From: an uncultured delta proteobacterium
Lineage (GTDB): Bacteria > Desulfobacterota > Binatia > UBA9968
Length of the DNA: 64,000 bases
Assembly: GCA_963737905.1 (NCBI GenBank)
Contig: CAVTUQ010000034.1
Coordinates: forward strand, 64,001 to 128,000
Direction of reading: 5' to 3'
In this document: one piece after another, positions 18,637 through 28,973 of the stretch
Position numbering within the stretch: the stretch's first letter is position 1
Layout of the letters: each line of letters opens with the position of its first letter
The notes under the pieces: generated by a model
Seen by the model: the letters and a program-made list of their open reading frames with translations, nothing else
Told to the model about the DNA's origin: nothing
Databases searched by the model: none
Program-made: the position numbers and the translations under genes

Positions 18637-19710
18637 CTAGCGTGCCAGTACCGTTGAGAGCTGCACCAACTCTTGGTACCGGCTGCCCCATTTGTCGGCG
18701 TCGGGGACAAGTGTGTTGCGATTGCCAACGTCATCGGGACCGCCGGTAGCGAGTTCCTTGAAGGCAGGCCAGCGTTTTTGCCGGAAGGCTAGCTCTTGTC
18801 CCTTCTTGGACAACATGAAATCCACCAATAAGGCCGCGGCATGAGGATGGGGTGGTTCTGATGACATCACAAACGCTGAAACCGACTTAACCGGGATGAA
18901 TGGCTCGGGAAAGATGTAATCGACGGGTGCTCCTGCTTGGCGTAGCGACACCGCTTCGTGGTGATGGGCATCGATCTGCACGGGAAACTCGCCAGCCGCC
19001 ACCAGTTGGGAAACCAAGGTGCGCCCCTTTCTGATGTTTAAGTTTTGTCCTCCCAGGCTGCGCGCTACCTGTTTCCCCTTTTCGTCGCCATAGTAATCCA
19101 ATAGTGCCGCGAGCCAATCGTCGGCATCTTGATCCATCCCTAATTTTCCTTTCCACTGGGGTTGCAAGAGATCGTCGATGGATTTCGGTGCCTGTGCGCG
19201 AGTGACCTGCTTGGTATTGAAAAGATAAACAAGCAAAGAAGCCCAGATCCCGTTGAAGTAGCCTTCCTTGTCATAGAATCCAGCGCGGAGCCCTCTTCGG
19301 TAAGGTGTGTCGTAGCGGATAATAGCGTTGGCTTTTTTGAGCGTGTAGAGCGCGGAGCTCCGGATATTCAAAGTGTCATAGTTGTATTTGCCGGCGCGAT
19401 GTTCGGTCAAAATACGATTCAATAAACTCTGCGGGCCCGAAGTCAGCACTTCGACCTTTAGGAAGGGGTACTCGGCTTCGAAACCGCTGGTGAACTGGCG
19501 TAGATCTTCCCGGTTCATGGGCGCGTACCACACGACGGTCTTTTCGTTTTTCGCGCCCTTCACCAGGGCCGCTTGCCGCTCCGCCGGCGGTAGCCGGTTA
19601 ATTTTGGCTAGAATTTCTTCGGGCGTGGCGGCGCCGACAGCCGAAGCTTGGAAAACAAAAAACACCGGAACCGCGAGCATCCTCGAGCAAAGTCGGATCC
19701 ATCTCAACAT
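18637..19710 (-). CDS. ABC transporter substrate-binding protein (Fe3+/thiamine-type family)
   Basis: Signal peptide, DLLQPQWKGK, VAAGE, PHPHAAALLVDFMLSKKGQ. Confidence 0.88.
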   Translation of the reverse strand: MLRWIRLCSRMLAVPVFFVFQASAVGAATPEEILAKINRLPPAERQAALVKGAKNEKTVVWYAPMNREDLRQFTSGFEAEYPFLKVEVLTSGPQSLLNRILTEHRAGKYNYDTLNIRSSALYTLKKANAIIRYDTPYRRGLRAGFYDKEGYFNGIWASLLVYLFNTKQVTRAQAPKSIDDLLQPQWKGKLGMDQDADDWLAALLDYYGDEKGKQVARSLGGQNLNIRKGRTLVSQLVAAGEFPVQIDAHHHEAVSLRQAGAPVDYIFPEPFIPVKSVSAFVMSSEPPHPHAAALLVDFMLSKKGQELAFRQKRWPAFKELATGGPDDVGNRNTLVPDADKWGSRYQELVQLSTVLAR

Positions 19711-19737
19711 GGTTCACCTCCGGCTTACAACGATTTT

Positions 19738-20238
19738 CTAGATCGGTCCATCGAGCCGAAAAGTTTTCCCCGCCAATCGCGCCACGGGGGGCGCCTGATC
19801 GTCAACGTAAGATGCGAGGGCCTCGCCAACGAATAGAAACAAGCCTTCCAACGCTATTGTGTTAACGACGCGGCATTCCACGTTGGCATGGCAACCCGCA
19901 ACCAAAGGCGCTTGCACGTGTTTTGCCGGCAGAGTGTCTAAGCCGAGAGCGACGAACTTGTCCTCGACGTTGCGCCCTGAAAGATCCCGGCTTCGATCCA
20001 CGGCATGAAGCTGATCCTGCGAGCAGACGTTGACGACGAACTCTCCGCTTTTTTGGATCATGTCGCGGCTGAAGTTCTTGTCCTGGATACCGATGACAAG
20101 CAGCGGCGGCTCATCGGAGATTCCTAGCGCGCGGAAGGCAAACTGTACGTTGCGCTTTCCCTGCCAAGCCGTGGAAATGAGATAGAGACCGGTGAGAGTC
20201 GTGCGATAGGCCTGCGGCAGCGCGACTTCACGTAGCAT
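19738..20238 (-). CDS. Flavin reductase family protein
   Basis: PPLLVIGI, SGEFVVNV, SGRNVEDKF, APLV...NVECRV. Confidence 0.88.
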   Translation of the reverse strand: MLREVALPQAYRTTLTGLYLISTAWQGKRNVQFAFRALGISDEPPLLVIGIQDKNFSRDMIQKSGEFVVNVCSQDQLHAVDRSRDLSGRNVEDKFVALGLDTLPAKHVQAPLVAGCHANVECRVVNTIALEGLFLFVGEALASYVDDQAPPVARLAGKTFRLDGPI

Positions 20239-20352
20239 TTGACCTCCTCGCGATCACTGCGCGTGCATATCCAAATTTCTGTACCAACGCTTTACCCCCC
20301 TGACCGTCCTTTTGATGGCTGCAATAATTCTGTTCCGTGACCTGAAACCGAC

Positions 20353-21186
20353 CTACTCCATACCGTCGGTGATAAATTGGATTACGTAGCCCGCCGGATC
20401 GTCCATATAGGTTCCTCCCTGGCCTTCATGCCGTTCTTTAGCCGCGCCACGGTCGCCGTTGGGAATTTTTAACTCTTCCAGGCGTATAAGCGCGTCGCGC
20501 CATTTTGCGGCCGGCACGTAAAACGCGATATGGGGACCGGGTACCTTGCGGCTCATCACCAGACCCTTGGATGAAAAAGGCGCTTGGGTAAGCATCAAAG
20601 TTTGTCCACTGGTCATCCTCATGGTTGCCTGGGACTGTGGAGCTTCGCTCCGACTTTGCATTTCAAAGCCAAGCACCTTTTCGTAGAAGTGGACGGACGC
20701 TGCTACATCGGGCGCTTCCAACTCGAGGTAGCCGACTCCGGTCATCCGGCCGTCCGCAACCCTCGAAGCTGCCGCGGAGTTTTGCGGCGTATAGACCGCA
20801 TAATGATTGCCCGCTGGATCGGTGAGAAAGAGCGTCTGCTTGGCAAAGGAGTGAGCATTCTGAACCGGCCCGTCGAAATGCGCACCCAGATCGTTCAAGT
20901 CTTTTGCTATTTCTTCGAGCCCGTGCTCCGTTGTCGTGAAGGAATAGGTGGGTACGCCCCGCGCGCTGGCGGACCGTGGACGTTCTTCGCTCTGGAGATA
21001 CACGCCCATTCGCTTGCCACCGATTTGAATAAACGTGTGCGGTACCGCCCCGCGCCTGCGCTGGCGAACATTCAATCCATTGCGACGTGCAACTCGGCCA
21101 CCGAAAACTCTGATATAAAATTCTTCGGCGATGACCAGGTCATCCACGGGAACAACGAAATGATCCAACGATTGGGCTACCGTCAT
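20353..21186 (-). CDS. Two-domain VOC family protein
   Basis: LDHFVVPV..L..AEEFY and two DPAG motifs. Confidence 0.85.
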   Translation of the reverse strand: MTVAQSLDHFVVPVDDLVIAEEFYIRVFGGRVARRNGLNVRQRRRGAVPHTFIQIGGKRMGVYLQSEERPRSASARGVPTYSFTTTEHGLEEIAKDLNDLGAHFDGPVQNAHSFAKQTLFLTDPAGNHYAVYTPQNSAAASRVADGRMTGVGYLELEAPDVAASVHFYEKVLGFEMQSRSEAPQSQATMRMTSGQTLMLTQAPFSSKGLVMSRKVPGPHIAFYVPAAKWRDALIRLEELKIPNGDRGAAKERHEGQGGTYMDDPAGYVIQFITDGME

Positions 21187-21255
21187 AAACCAGTAAACCT
21201 CCGTCTGTCTAGATTGAATTTTCTATCAAGCGCGCTCTTTTGCTGTCAAGGTAGA

Positions 21256-22293
21256 TTAATCCAAGCCGTAAAAGCGCGCCGGATTGGCAAATAGAATCTT
21301 GTCGATGACCTTCGGATCGATCTCGCCGTTTTCTTTGAGCCGCGCCAGGGCCAGCAGCTCGCTGGCGTTGTCGGCATGGCCGTAATCCGAGCCGATCATG
21401 AGACAGTTCTCACCGGCGTACTTGAGCACGTAGGGGAGGTCATCGTCGGTCTGGCAAGCGACGAACAACTGATTGCTGCCGCTGAGCACGTCGGGCCTCG
21501 CCTGCTTGCCCTCAAGTTTGGGAAATCGCAGGTTGAGGTCGTGAACCAAATAGGGGACCCACTGCGCGGCGACTTCGATAGCACCGATGCGGATCTTGGG
21601 GAAACGCTCCGGAATCCCATTCAAAATCATAGAATGAAAACCGCCGATCACCATGAGCTTCGCCACGCGGAATGGCTCACCGTTGAGGATCTCGTTGACC
21701 GTGAAGTTGCCAATGCCAGAATGAATCCCGATGGGCAAGTTGAGCCGGCTCGCTTCTTCATACAAGGGAAAGAAATAGGGATCGTGCAGGGTGTGGTTGG
21801 TTTCGATCCCGCGCATGAACACCGCGCAGGCTCCGTTGCCACGCGCCCAACGGAGCTCCTCCAGCGACTTATCCATGGTCATCAACGGTAGTTGCACCGC
21901 CCAGCGCAAGCGGTCTTTAGCCTTCGACCAGATATCCGCCATCCAGCGATTGTAAGAACGGCAGAGAGCGAGCTCGATCCGAGGATTGTCCGTGACCGGG
22001 CGCAAGAAAAGGGTAGGATAGAGGACTTGAACACTCGTGCCGATTTCGTCCATGTGTTTGAGGCGCGAGTCGATATTCGCCATTTCGCGGGACTCCTTCG
22101 ACGTGTCCTGACCGATATTGTCACGCCCGCCGATCAAACGTCCGCCGATGATCCAAAAATTCTGTGTCTTGCCGGAGGGCATATCAACGGTGATGGGCAC
22201 TGGCCGGTAACGGCGGTCGCTGCCTTCCAAGTAGTCCCAGGTTTTCTCCGTTTCGATGACGTGGGCGTCGGCATCTATCGATAACATCGGCAA
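21256..22293 (-). CDS. Amidohydrolase-2 family protein
   Basis: DADAHV, YNRWMAD, GSDYGH. Confidence 0.92.
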   Translation of the reverse strand: MPMLSIDADAHVIETEKTWDYLEGSDRRYRPVPITVDMPSGKTQNFWIIGGRLIGGRDNIGQDTSKESREMANIDSRLKHMDEIGTSVQVLYPTLFLRPVTDNPRIELALCRSYNRWMADIWSKAKDRLRWAVQLPLMTMDKSLEELRWARGNGACAVFMRGIETNHTLHDPYFFPLYEEASRLNLPIGIHSGIGNFTVNEILNGEPFRVAKLMVIGGFHSMILNGIPERFPKIRIGAIEVAAQWVPYLVHDLNLRFPKLEGKQARPDVLSGSNQLFVACQTDDDLPYVLKYAGENCLMIGSDYGHADNASELLALARLKENGEIDPKVIDKILFANPARFYGLD

Positions 22294-22323
22294 ACCTCCA
22301 GAAACAAAATTTTACGAGTGGAT

Positions 22324-23343
22324 CTACAGCGCATACAGGGCCCGTGGATTGTCATCGAGAATCTTGTTGATGACATGCGGAGCCAAATTGCCTTCACGTC
22401 TGAGCTTGCGCAGCGCCTCGATCTCGCTGGCGTTGTCGGAATGACCATAGTCGGTACCGATGACGAGCGCATCTTCCCCCGCATAGCCGAGGATGTAATC
22501 GAGGTCGTCATCGGTCTGGCAGGTGACCCAAACCCGTTTGTCCTTTAGGACACTTTTGCTCAACTGCTTGCCTCGTCGCGCATGGCGGCGAGCCAAGTCA
22601 TGAATCGCATAGGGGATCCATTGGGCGCTGACTTCGATGATGCCGATGCGCAACTGGGGAAACCGCTCCGGGATGCCGTCATTGACGAGCGAATGAAACG
22701 CGCCCACCACGGCGAGCTTGAATTTGCAAAAGCCCGGCTCATCGAGAAAAAAGTCGTGCGACTCAATGCTTCCGTTCGCCGAGTGAACGCAGATCGGCAA
22801 ATCGAGTTTGCTCGCTGCTTGATACAAAGGGTAGAAATAGGAATCGCTGAGCCGCCGGTCGGCTTCAAGCCCTCTCAGATAGACCCCGCAGGCCCCGTGC
22901 TCTTTACCGAAGTTTAACTCTTCAAACACGCGATCCATGTTGAGCAGCGGCGGAACCACCACCCAGCGAAAGCGGTCCGGCGCTTGCTTGACGATGTCGG
23001 CCATCCAGCGGTTATAGCTGCGACAGAGTGCCAGATCGACCTCAGGACGCCGGGCCGTGGGAAAGATAAAGATCGTCGGATAGATCACCTGGATATCGAT
23101 GCTCAGCTCGTCCATATGGTTGATCCGGATACTGAGATCGCTCATGTTCCGGGCGGGCTCTGGTAGTGTTTTTTCCACATTGCTGCGCGGCATGAGCCTG
23201 CCGTCGATAAACCAGTAATCCACGGTAGGATCGCCGTTGGTCGCGCCGACGATTCTTGGGCGAAACTGGCGCTCCGACTCGAGCATATAGTCCCAGGCGG
23301 ACTCGTTCTCGATCACATGCGCATCGGCATCAATGACTGGCAT
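22324..23343 (-). CDS. Amidohydrolase-2 family protein (paralog)
   Basis: DADAHV, YNRWMAD, GTDYGH; collinear with 21256-22293. Confidence 0.92.
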   Translation of the reverse strand: MPVIDADAHVIENESAWDYMLESERQFRPRIVGATNGDPTVDYWFIDGRLMPRSNVEKTLPEPARNMSDLSIRINHMDELSIDIQVIYPTIFIFPTARRPEVDLALCRSYNRWMADIVKQAPDRFRWVVVPPLLNMDRVFEELNFGKEHGACGVYLRGLEADRRLSDSYFYPLYQAASKLDLPICVHSANGSIESHDFFLDEPGFCKFKLAVVGAFHSLVNDGIPERFPQLRIGIIEVSAQWIPYAIHDLARRHARRGKQLSKSVLKDKRVWVTCQTDDDLDYILGYAGEDALVIGTDYGHSDNASEIEALRKLRREGNLAPHVINKILDDNPRALYAL

Positions 23344-23384
23344 CGCTTACACCTCCGTTTTTAGCAATATGTCTCCAGCGCTCC

Positions 23385-24155
23385 TCATCCTTCTCGTGGA
23401 AGCTCGTTTACCAATTGGCCATCTTGATATGCGACACACTGGCCACTCTTTTCCATGGGGAGCTCGGCCGCCAGCACAAACGCGTTCCCAAGAACGTCCG
23501 GGCCCGGCAAACGTTTGAATGCTTCCTCCGGAGCCGTTTCGGTCACGATCGGGACGCGGGGTGAAAAAGTGACCACGCAGATATTTGAATCCCTGACTTC
23601 CTCCGCCACATACCGCGTAAAGGTGCGAATCGCGTCCTTAGTCGCCATGTAAGTGCAAGCGCCGCCCGGTTTCACGCCGCCGCCACCGTAAAGGTTGATA
23701 ATATGCCCGGTCTTTCTCTTCTCCATGTGAGGCATCACGTGCTTCGTCCCTAGAAAAGTCCCGTAAAGATTGGTTTGCACCACCCGATTCCAGAAATCCA
23801 TCGGCATCTCACTGATGCGCGGCCAGCGCGGAATGCCCCAGGCAAAGTGCGGCACGATGGCGGCGTTGTTGATGTGCACATCGATTTGGCCGAATCTGTT
23901 GATGACCTGGTCAACCATCCGTTTCATGCTATCTTCATCGCGAACGTCGACCCGCAACGCGAGGGTTTCAGCCAGCTTGCCGAGTTCTGCGGCGGTTTTC
24001 TTGGCATTCTCTTCGTTGAAATCCGCGATGACAACCTTAGCTCCCTCTTGAGCAAATGTTTTGGCGGCATGCTTGCCGATGCCCTGCGCGCTGCCTGTGA
24101 CGATCACTATTTTATCCTTAAGCACAATCGAACCTCCTTCTGTGTTGCTTTGCAA
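23385..24155 (-). CDS. SDR family oxidoreductase
   Basis: TGSAQGIG, NNAA, YMATK. Confidence 0.9.
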   Translation of the reverse strand: MQSNTEGGSIVLKDKIVIVTGSAQGIGKHAAKTFAQEGAKVVIADFNEENAKKTAAELGKLAETLALRVDVRDEDSMKRMVDQVINRFGQIDVHINNAAIVPHFAWGIPRWPRISEMPMDFWNRVVQTNLYGTFLGTKHVMPHMEKRKTGHIINLYGGGGVKPGGACTYMATKDAIRTFTRYVAEEVRDSNICVVTFSPRVPIVTETAPEEAFKRLPGPDVLGNAFVLAAELPMEKSGQCVAYQDGQLVNELPREG

Positions 24156-24197
24156 ACAAAGTATTGGATAAGCCGTTTTTCTGTCAATCCGATCTGC

Positions 24198-26426
24198 CTA
24201 CGTCTTAAGAGCGCGATAGATTTTTTCGGCGGTCACCGGTAGCTCAAAAAGACGCACTCCAACCGCGTCCGCGACCGCGTTGGCGATGGCAGCTGGCGGT
24301 CCATTGTTGGCAAATTCTCCGATGGGCTTCGCATCCAAAGGTCCGACGCCACCCGTGGATTTAACAAGAACGGTTTCGAGATCCGGAATGTCCTTTGCCG
24401 TCGGCATCTTGTAGTCGCCGAGATTGCTGTTAATCACCCGCCCGTTTTCCATGACCAATTCTTCCATGATTCCTTGGCCGACTCCCATGACCGTGGCACC
24501 GTCGATCTGGCCTTGATGGGTGAGGGGATTGATGACGGTGCCCACGTCATGGGCGCTGACGACGCGGTTTACGCGCACCGCGCCCGTTTCCGGGTCCACT
24601 TCGACTTCGGCCACCTGGGCGCAAACATAAGAGATGTCCTCAGGGTAGGGATAATCCTCATAAACTGAGACAGAAAGCGGCCCGGTTGCCTGGCCAACCA
24701 CACGTCGCAGAGCGACTTGTTGCCCGGGATCTTGGCGCAGCCAAAATTTTGAGTCCCCGAACTCGATCTCTTCGGCGTTGCACTCCAACATTCGTGCCGC
24801 CTGCTCCAAAAGCTGTTGCCGTAATTTCTCACTGGCTTGTACCACGGCATTGCCGGCAACGTAGGTCACACGGCTCGCGCGCACACCACCATCGCGCGGT
24901 GTGACGTCCGTATTGCCAATGACCACGCGTATCTGCTCGACGGGCACGCGCATTTCTTCGGCCACCAGTTGGCGGAGGATCGTGTGCGTGCCCGAGCCTT
25001 GATCGATGGTCGGGCTGAGGACCGTGAAACTGCCGTCAGGCTCTGCTGTAAGAACAAGACCCGTGTCCCCACCGCTGATGTGGCGCCCGGACAGCGCAAT
25101 GCCGCGGCCGAAGTGGGGGCCCGGCTTCGGCTTTTTCCAGTTTGCGCTGTCCAACGCGGCTTGAAGCACCTCGCGAAAGCGCACATGGTGCAGTCGATGA
25201 CCGACCGCGTCTTCCTCTCCTTCCGCGATAAAGTTCTTCAGGCGAAACTCGCCGGGGTCCATTTTTAATTCTTTGGCGATCATGTCCGTGTGGGAGTCGA
25301 CGGCGAAGGCGGTCGCCACGGCGCCGGGACTGCGATAATAGCCGCCCGGGACAGTATTGGTGTAAATCTGAAGAAACTCGAAGGCGGCGTGGTCGACGCG
25401 ATACTGTCCGCCCGCATAATGCCACGTTGCCAGAGAAGCATTGGATTTGAGCGCGCCATAGGCGCCACTGGCATGAACCGCGCGAAGCGAGCGTGCCACG
25501 ATGCGGCCATTCTTTTTCACGCCGCTCCGAATGGTGATTACTGTCGGATGCGCGGGATTACTCGCAGTCAATTCTTCGGCGTAGGTCATGACTATTTTGA
25601 CCGGGCATCCCGACTCCCGCGCGAGAAAGTAAGCTACGGGCAAGTCACTGGCGTCGCCCTTGCCGCCGAACTCGCCGCCGACATTGACGACATTGATGCG
25701 GATGCGTTCCTCCGGTAAACGCAACGCCTTGGCGAGCTGACCGCGAATCCCGAAGGGATTTTTTGCCGACACCGAGACCTGGATGCGGCCTTCGCCATCG
25801 ATGGCAACGACGGCAGCATGGGGCTCGAGGTATCCTTGGTGGCGAGCGGGAATGCGAAACGTGTGTTCCAGGACAACATCCGCCGCGCGAAAGCCCTGCT
25901 CCACGTCACCCTTACGCCAGGCCAGTCGTGTCAATCCGTTATGCACGTCCAGCGCGAGCAAGTCTTTGGGGCCGCCTTCATAAGCGGCCACGTCCGAATG
26001 CAAGTGCGGCGCGCTGGGTTTCATTGCTTCGAGAGGATCGAAGACTGCTGGCAACTGCTCATATTCCAGTTCGATGAGAGCCACGGCCTCTTCGGCGGCG
26101 TCGACCGTTTCTGCGGCCACCGCGGCGACGCGATCGCCGACGAAGCGTACGGTATCCCAGCAAAGAACCGGCATGTCGCGAATCTGTTTGCCGAAGTAAA
26201 GGCCGCGCGTGTCTTCACCGGTGACGATCGCCTTCACGCCGGGAACTTTGCGAGCTTTCGCGGCGTCTATGCGACGAATGCGGGCGTGGGGGTGAGGACT
26301 GCGTAGAATTTTTCCCCAAAGCGCCCCCGGTAAATTGACGTCAGCCGCATAAAGAGTGCGACCGACAACCTTATCCGCGCCTTCAGCCCGCGGAACAGAA
26401 CTACCGACTACCTTGAAGTCAGCCAT
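24198..26426 (-). CDS. Xanthine dehydrogenase family molybdopterin-binding subunit
   Basis: RSPHPHARI, GGEFGGK, DQGSG, GQIDG, YKMPT, KPIGE; start at MADFKVVG. Confidence 0.93.
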   Translation of the reverse strand: MADFKVVGSSVPRAEGADKVVGRTLYAADVNLPGALWGKILRSPHPHARIRRIDAAKARKVPGVKAIVTGEDTRGLYFGKQIRDMPVLCWDTVRFVGDRVAAVAAETVDAAEEAVALIELEYEQLPAVFDPLEAMKPSAPHLHSDVAAYEGGPKDLLALDVHNGLTRLAWRKGDVEQGFRAADVVLEHTFRIPARHQGYLEPHAAVVAIDGEGRIQVSVSAKNPFGIRGQLAKALRLPEERIRINVVNVGGEFGGKGDASDLPVAYFLARESGCPVKIVMTYAEELTASNPAHPTVITIRSGVKKNGRIVARSLRAVHASGAYGALKSNASLATWHYAGGQYRVDHAAFEFLQIYTNTVPGGYYRSPGAVATAFAVDSHTDMIAKELKMDPGEFRLKNFIAEGEEDAVGHRLHHVRFREVLQAALDSANWKKPKPGPHFGRGIALSGRHISGGDTGLVLTAEPDGSFTVLSPTIDQGSGTHTILRQLVAEEMRVPVEQIRVVIGNTDVTPRDGGVRASRVTYVAGNAVVQASEKLRQQLLEQAARMLECNAEEIEFGDSKFWLRQDPGQQVALRRVVGQATGPLSVSVYEDYPYPEDISYVCAQVAEVEVDPETGAVRVNRVVSAHDVGTVINPLTHQGQIDGATVMGVGQGIMEELVMENGRVINSNLGDYKMPTAKDIPDLETVLVKSTGGVGPLDAKPIGEFANNGPPAAIANAVADAVGVRLFELPVTAEKIYRALKT

Positions 26427-26719
26427 TTTATTTCCCCTTGATGAGTTGCTCTTCTCGAAGTCCCCACATCGTTGATTCCGATTTCCAATCCTACCACGAT
26501 CCTGCTGAGGCTTCGCGCATGCAATAATCGACCAAGCGCCAAGTGAATCAAAAAAATGAACAGGCTTGCTGATCAAGCTTTCTTCATTGAACGACTTAGT
26601 ACGGTAGAGTATAAGGCGTCAAGCGGTCTTAAAGGGAAACACGGTTCTTTACTTGTTTCAGCAATTTGCGTTGAGTCATTGTTCGATTCGGGGCCCATCT
26701 ACTGCTACACTGGAGAGAC

Positions 26720-27163
26720 ATGGACTGGAATGAAAATCTTATCGACAGCCCTTCGGATATTCGTGACTTGATCCGGCACACCCAACGAATTGCCGTTCTG
26801 GGTATTAAGACGGAAGCGCAGGCAGATCAGCCGGCCTTCTACGTGTCGAAATATCTTGTAAGCGCAGGATTCGAGGTGATCCCGGTGCCTGTCTATTATC
26901 CGGAGGTCACGGAGATTCTCGGTAAGCGAGTCTATCGTCGCCTGATGGACATTCCCGGTGTCATCGATCTGGTGGATGTCTTTCGCCGCTCTCAGGATAT
27001 CAACGGTCACGTCGAAGACATCCTGGCCAAGAAGCCAACGGCGGTTTGGTTTCAGTCGGGCATACGCAACGACGCCGCAGCCGAGATGCTGGCCAAAGCG
27101 GGCATCAAGGTGGTGCAAGATCGCTGCTTGATGGTCGAGCACAGAATCGTAGCAAAGGGATAG
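26720..27163 (+). CDS. yccU: CoA-binding protein (YccU family)
   Basis: IAVLG, DLVDVFRRS, VWFQSGI, VVQDRC. Confidence 0.92.
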   Translation: MDWNENLIDSPSDIRDLIRHTQRIAVLGIKTEAQADQPAFYVSKYLVSAGFEVIPVPVYYPEVTEILGKRVYRRLMDIPGVIDLVDVFRRSQDINGHVEDILAKKPTAVWFQSGIRNDAAAEMLAKAGIKVVQDRCLMVEHRIVAKG

Positions 27164-27210
27164 CATCAGAGTGAAAGCAAGTTCTTTGATGAACCACCGG
27201 GGACGATGCA

Positions 27211-27726
27211 GTGTGGGAATACCGAGGCCAAGAGCGACCCTCTTTTGCTAAGGAGCCAAAGCCGGGGCAAGAGTCGGTCTGGGATTATCCTCGGCCGCCG
27301 GCAATGGGTGTTGACCAGCGGCGGGTCGAAGTTCGCCTCGGAGATTTGGTCATTGCCGATTCGCGCCAGAACTACCGGATCCTGGAGACCGCGAGCCCCC
27401 CGACATTTTACATTCCGCCTCATACTGTCCACACACAGCTCCTGGAGCCGTGCCCGGGAAGTTCCGTTTGTGAGTGGAAAGGCGTCGCCCAATACTGGGC
27501 GTTGAGAGACCAACCGCATGCGCCGCAAGCGATCGGCTGGAGCTATCCAAATCCCAATCGGCCGTTCGAAGCGATGGCCGGTTATTTCTCTTTCTATCCG
27601 GCCTTGGTGGAATGCTTTGTTGATGGCGAGCGAGTGCGGCCGCAACCGGGTGAATTCTATGGCGGCTGGGTGACCAGCGAGATCGTCGGGCCTTTCAAAG
27701 GTGAGCCAGGCACCGGGCAATGGTAG
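27211..27726 (+). CDS. DUF427 domain protein
   Basis: ESVWDYPRPP, LETASPPTFY, CEWKG, FYGGW. Confidence 0.92.
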   Translation: MWEYRGQERPSFAKEPKPGQESVWDYPRPPAMGVDQRRVEVRLGDLVIADSRQNYRILETASPPTFYIPPHTVHTQLLEPCPGSSVCEWKGVAQYWALRDQPHAPQAIGWSYPNPNRPFEAMAGYFSFYPALVECFVDGERVRPQPGEFYGGWVTSEIVGPFKGEPGTGQW

Positions 27727-27844
27727 AAGCTAGCGGCGAGTTTGGCGAAACTTTTCCCAGGCGTCAATCCCGGCCTTGACGGCACGCACGATGCGCTACT
27801 ATCAGCCGATTAGGTCTTTAGGTTCGCCGTCGTACACGGCGCGC

Positions 27845-27882
27845 TGTCAACTAAGTCTACAACTTTGTTAGCGATGTCTACA
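27845..27882. promoter_or_regulatory. Tandem TGT-N11-ACA sites, candidate enhancer (bEBP UAS)
   Basis: TGTCAACTAAGTCTACA and TGTTAGCGATGTCTACA, 21-bp period, about 180-215 bp upstream of a sigma-54 site. Confidence 0.55.
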
Positions 27883-28059
27883 ATTAAAAAATCCCGCTAC
27901 TTAGCGGCCTTGTGGCCCAATATACTAACTAATCTGAGACAGTGTGAACAGCGCTGGACGGATTGGTCTTTTATGTCGCTTGACCGATCATGACATTCGG
28001 CGTTGAGAATTCTTCCGCCATTCAGCTACTTACGTTAGGTTGTTTGGGTCTTGCAAGAG

Positions 28060-28075
28060 TGGCACTGGGCTTGCT
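28060..28075 (+). promoter_or_regulatory. Sigma-54 (-24/-12) promoter for the MEDS gene
   Basis: TGGCAC-TGGGC-TTGCT, exact consensus. Confidence 0.75.
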
Positions 28076-28220
28076 CATCTCGTTGTCGTGTCTCAACCAG
28101 TTTGGAGAAAACGTTCCTTATCGACAACCGACGGAAAATAGCTGTGATAGGCGGTCATAATGATATTTGATGCCGCGGCGGTAATTTTATGCCCGGTGAC
28201 CGGACGGACAGAAGGCGATC

Positions 28221-28931
28221 ATGAAATCAGGACTGGCAGACCAAATTCTAGCCCTACAACAGGGTGATCATCTCTGTTTACTCTATGATAGAGATCCTGC
28301 CGAACAGATGCCCGCACTGATCCCTTTTATCCAAGACGGGCTCTCCAGAAATGAGCAGTTTATTTATATCGCCGATGATCAGACTGTCGATGAGCTGGCG
28401 GCCCGGCTGGAGCAGGGGGGCGTTAAGGTTGGGCAAGAATCGGACCGGGGTGCGCTCAAACTTTGGACACGACGAGAATGGCGTCAGCCGGGCGAATTTT
28501 CTTCGGCCAATAAATTTTTTCAGGTTTCGCAGTTTATCGAGGCGGCTTCCAAGTCCGGTTTCAAAGGCATCAGATTCGCGGTCGAAATGACGTGGACTCT
28601 AGGGCCTGACATCAGCGCCGAGCAGGTCGAACATTGGGAGGCCAGCATCAACACCATTTTTGTCCCGCAGTTTCCAGGACGAATCGTTTGTCAATACAAT
28701 CGCAGCCGTCTCGATCCAAAGGTAACGCTTGGGGCGTTATACACCCACCCGCTGGTCATTGTGGGCGATCATATTCATTTTAACTTGTTCTATGAAGCGC
28801 CTCTGATCCTCGACGCCGGCGTCAGGGGAAAATTAAGCGCGACGAAACTGGAGTGGATGGTCTCTCAATTGAAGCGGGCTCGCGCCGTCGAAGAAGAACG
28901 CGAGGCGCGGCTCAAGCAACGAGTTTCTTGA
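28221..28931 (+). CDS. Stand-alone MEDS domain protein
   Basis: GDHLCLLY, FIQDGL, RFAVEMTW, CQYNRSR, THP; ends in a short coiled coil with no output domain. Confidence 0.88.
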   Translation: MKSGLADQILALQQGDHLCLLYDRDPAEQMPALIPFIQDGLSRNEQFIYIADDQTVDELAARLEQGGVKVGQESDRGALKLWTRREWRQPGEFSSANKFFQVSQFIEAASKSGFKGIRFAVEMTWTLGPDISAEQVEHWEASINTIFVPQFPGRIVCQYNRSRLDPKVTLGALYTHPLVIVGDHIHFNLFYEAPLILDAGVRGKLSATKLEWMVSQLKRARAVEEEREARLKQRVS

Positions 28932-28973
28932 TGGTGAACCCAAGGAAGGTTGAAGAGATCTTGTCGCGAATGG

